Shown here in pieces: positions 60,711-64,000 of a DNA stretch of 64,000 nt. Below the pieces are notes generated by a model. It was not told the origin of the DNA. It saw only the letters and a list, made by a program, of their open reading frames with translations, and made no database searches. Positions within the stretch are counted from its first letter, which is position 1. Every line of letters starts with the position of its first letter. Source of the DNA: Octopus bimaculoides (taxonomy: Eukaryota); contig NC_068993.1 in assembly GCF_001194135.2 (NCBI RefSeq), positions 6,543,958-6,607,957 of the forward strand. The letters are read 5' to 3'. Position numbers and translations under genes: made by a program.

Positions 60711-63700
60711 ATCCAACCCTATGGGAGCATGAAAAAAATGGGTGTAAAAACCATGACGATGGAATGATGGTCATGGCCAGAAAGGCCTTTGATCATGGAT
60801 GGGTCTGTTTGATCGAGGCAAATCAGGGCTGACTAACCTATAACACTACACCCACACTACTAAACGAACATTTGTATCCCTCATCATAAAGGGTCACCTT
60901 GTTCAGATTCACACTGAAAACCCCCAGAAGCCAAGGTGGAGAGACGGTGATCAAGCAAGACAACAGAATAAGTTGAAACCAGCCCAGAATTATGAAAAAG
61001 GCAAAGTGGACCCGAGCAGGATTTGAACTCAAAACGTAAAAAGACCAAAATTAAACACTCCTAAGCATTTCGTCCAACGCTCCACAGAATTTGTCACACC
61101 CCACCACCACTCGTTTTGACCTGAATTACAAACCTCACAGCAACTATTATTGTTCTTTTGTTTGTGTCAAAGAAAAGTCTATATGGCATTAATGAGTCTT
61201 CTTTGAGAAGTCTCATTAATGTCAAAGACATTAACTGCTAAATAAAAGACAAGTTCACATTCTTGAAGACGAAGGACATTCCACTGAAAAGATGGTCACG
61301 AACCAAACAGCTGCTTGACAGACTCCCCCACCCCACCACCACCAACTAAAAGTACCTCGTAAATTGTAACATGCATGTACACACACACAAACGCACACAT
61401 ATGTACATATATAAACACAAACATATCTACAGGTGTACACGGATATATTAGGTTAAAATTAAGATGGGGAGAGAGAGAGAGAGAGAGAGAGCACAGAAGA
61501 TGAGAGAAAGAGAGGGAGAAAAGGATATAGGAAAATAAATAGATAAAAATAAAAAGAGAATAAAGCAGGTACATGCATGCGTACATCTGTGTGTGTGTAA
61601 ATATTCATTGATTCCAAGCACTGAAGCAATAAGGTCACCAGGTTGACCTTTGTCGGTCAGAGTTATCCATCCATGGGTAATCAATTAATTCGACTTTGAG
61701 ATTGTAAAGTAAATGAAATAGTTGGGACTAAGGAGTGAACCAACACAAGGTAAGTCCATAGATCAGTAAACACCTCTTTATTGTTGTGTAATATTTGTAT
61801 TAAACTATGAAGAGAGAGAGAGAGAGAGAGATTCTTGCAAATTGTCCTGTTAAGTAGGCAAAACATTTCAAAGAATGTGGTTAAGTGTCCTCACAAAGAG
61901 AACCGGTAAGAACATTTTAGGGAAAAGAAGAAGGAAAAAGACCATGAATGGATGGAAATAGAACATCTGGGATGAAGCATGAACTCTCATTATGGCAGCA
62001 GAAAGCTGTTGAAATATTTGGTGTCAATAACCAGCCATTAGAATGGTAAATGAGAGCTGGCAATAATGAAAAACAAAAAAGGGAAGAAAGGAAAAAGAAA
62101 ACGATATGATGGAGCCAAGGTTGTTACAGATAGAGGACAACAGAACAGGATATTCTAGGGTCATGGTTAGTCCACAGTCTGTAGGGAGCACAGGGCTGGT
62201 TTCCTGGGTTCTCTGGTGTGTATATTCCTTCCTAAGTTATTTTACTAAATTCTTTGCTATATTTAAAGTAATTGAAAGAAACACAGAGCATCTCAAAATA
62301 AATACAGTAACGAAAGGGTTAAGGAGATATCAGAGGCCCTATAGAAAATTGAAGGGATATTACGATGCTTTGTAGCATATTAAGGGTATTACAGGATCTG
62401 TATCAGGTTATGGTAGTATGAGGGAGCCATGTAGCATATTATGGGAATATCAATATGGTGTTCAGAGTAGTAAAGCAACATTAGGGGCTCTGTAAGAATA
62501 TTAAGGGTATGATGTAGCTGTGTGTTTAAGTAGTTTGCTTCTCAACATGGTTTTGGGTTCAGTAGCTCTGTGTGACCCCATAGGTGCTTTCTACTATAGC
62601 CTTGAGGCAACCAAAGTATTGGGAGTGGGTTTGGTAGATGGAAACTGAAAGAAGCTTGTCATGTATGTGTGAATGTTCGAGAGTAAGTTGATTATATCGA
62701 CCCCAGGGATCAACTGGTAAATAATTTACCAACCCTGAAAGGATGAATATGTAGCATATTAATCAGGGCCCAGTAATATAACTGGTATTGGCAATCACTC
62801 AGTAATCAACAGACACATAGTCTGATACTTGTCTGTGAGAATGTTCCTATTATTACCTCAAATTAGTGCTACTAATGTGTAATATAATTAACATTAATTA
62901 TAACACTATATTAATTACAGTTAATTATTCATTTCTTTTTAACACTATATTTCATTATCATTGCTGCTGTTTGAACACTAAGTCAGTCTCTATCAAGCAG
63001 ACCTTACAGTCAGATATTCCAGCTGCAACCATCTCACCCAATCTTTCTTTTACTTTTGGGTTCAGTCCCACTGCATGGCACCTTGGGTAAGTGTCTTCTA
63101 CTGTAGCCTCGGGCTGACCAAAGCCTTGTGAGTGGATTTGGTAGACGGAAACTGAAAGAAGCCTGTCATATATATATATATAACACCTCTCCTAGCAGCT
63201 GGAAACCCAGTCTTCCCGAAAACACCTTAAAGCTGACCACCACATCATCACCATTTAACATCTGTTTTCTCCATGCTGGCATAAGCTGGACAGTCCTTTT
63301 AGGAACTGGCAAACCAGAAGACTGCCAAACTCTGTCTGTCTGTTTTGGTATGGTTTTCACAACTGAGTGCCCTTCATAACTGCAACCACTTTATAGTGTA
63401 CTGGGTGCTTTTCGTTGCCCCAGTACTAGCTGGGTCACCAATGGAAGAACAGTCTTGAGGAAGATGACCTTGTGTCATGTGATGAGGGGTTAACATATGA
63501 TAAAGAGCAAGAGAAAAGGTTTGTTGCCATAGAGGAGATACATAGTTATTCCACTGGAAAAAAGGGAGAGAGAGAAAAGATTGTTTCCCCCTTAAGCTTG
63601 CTCACAAAGCACAGAACCTGTGCAAATCGGTCACTACCACCAGGGGCCATCTGACAGTAAACCACAGCCTAGACTAACATGAAAGTGCATGGCTAAGTGG

Positions 63701-64000
63701 TTAGAGGTATTCGGCTCAGGATCGTAAAGTCGTGAGCCGAAAACCGGGTTCTCGTTGTTCCAGTCCATCAGCTGGCAAAAATGAGTTGGACCTAAAGGCC
63801 AGCCTTGTCATACCTCATGTCACGTTGAATCTCCCTGAAGACTACGTTAAGGGTACACGTGTCTGTGGAACGCTCAGCCACTTCCGGTTTTACATAGACT
63901 TACATTATCTCCCTAGACAAATGCTCCCTACTCAATTACATCCATGGTTCAAGACCGCACTGCATCCACCTGGCTAAGAAACACTATCTCCCCTCATATA

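Overview
Eukaryotic, AT-rich, microsatellite- and TE-dense genomic DNA with several N gaps. The repeat families look like those of an octopus or other coleoid cephalopod (inference from remembered repeats, not verified). There are two multi-exon genes arranged tail-to-tail. (1) Plus strand, 42-20719: the 3' part of a polycystin-1-like (PKD1L/REJ family) channel gene. By hand I spliced 20 GT-AG exons into one stop-free frame of 4141 nt (1 nt + 1380 codons including the stop). It encodes the end of the PLAT domain, TM2-5, the TOP domain and S1-S6. The cytoplasmic tail then continues into two ZU5-like domains, two death domains and a Pro-rich end. Most of these tail exons are missing from, or mis-framed in, the ORF track. 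I do not know of this channel-ZU5-ZU5-DD-DD architecture, and it is the main finding. (2) Minus strand, 22153-41722: PWP2 (UTP1, WD40 small-subunit processome protein), 17 exons giving 922 aa plus stop; the short first exon was not found. An X-box plus NRF1 motif pair lies between the two 3' ends. The rest is tRNA-derived SINEs, RTE/L1/Penelope-like retroposon fragments, mariner, piggyBac-type and Helitron/Helentron elements, a LINE-derived 42-bp minisatellite and simple repeats. I recognised no coding exon in 41.8-64 kb.
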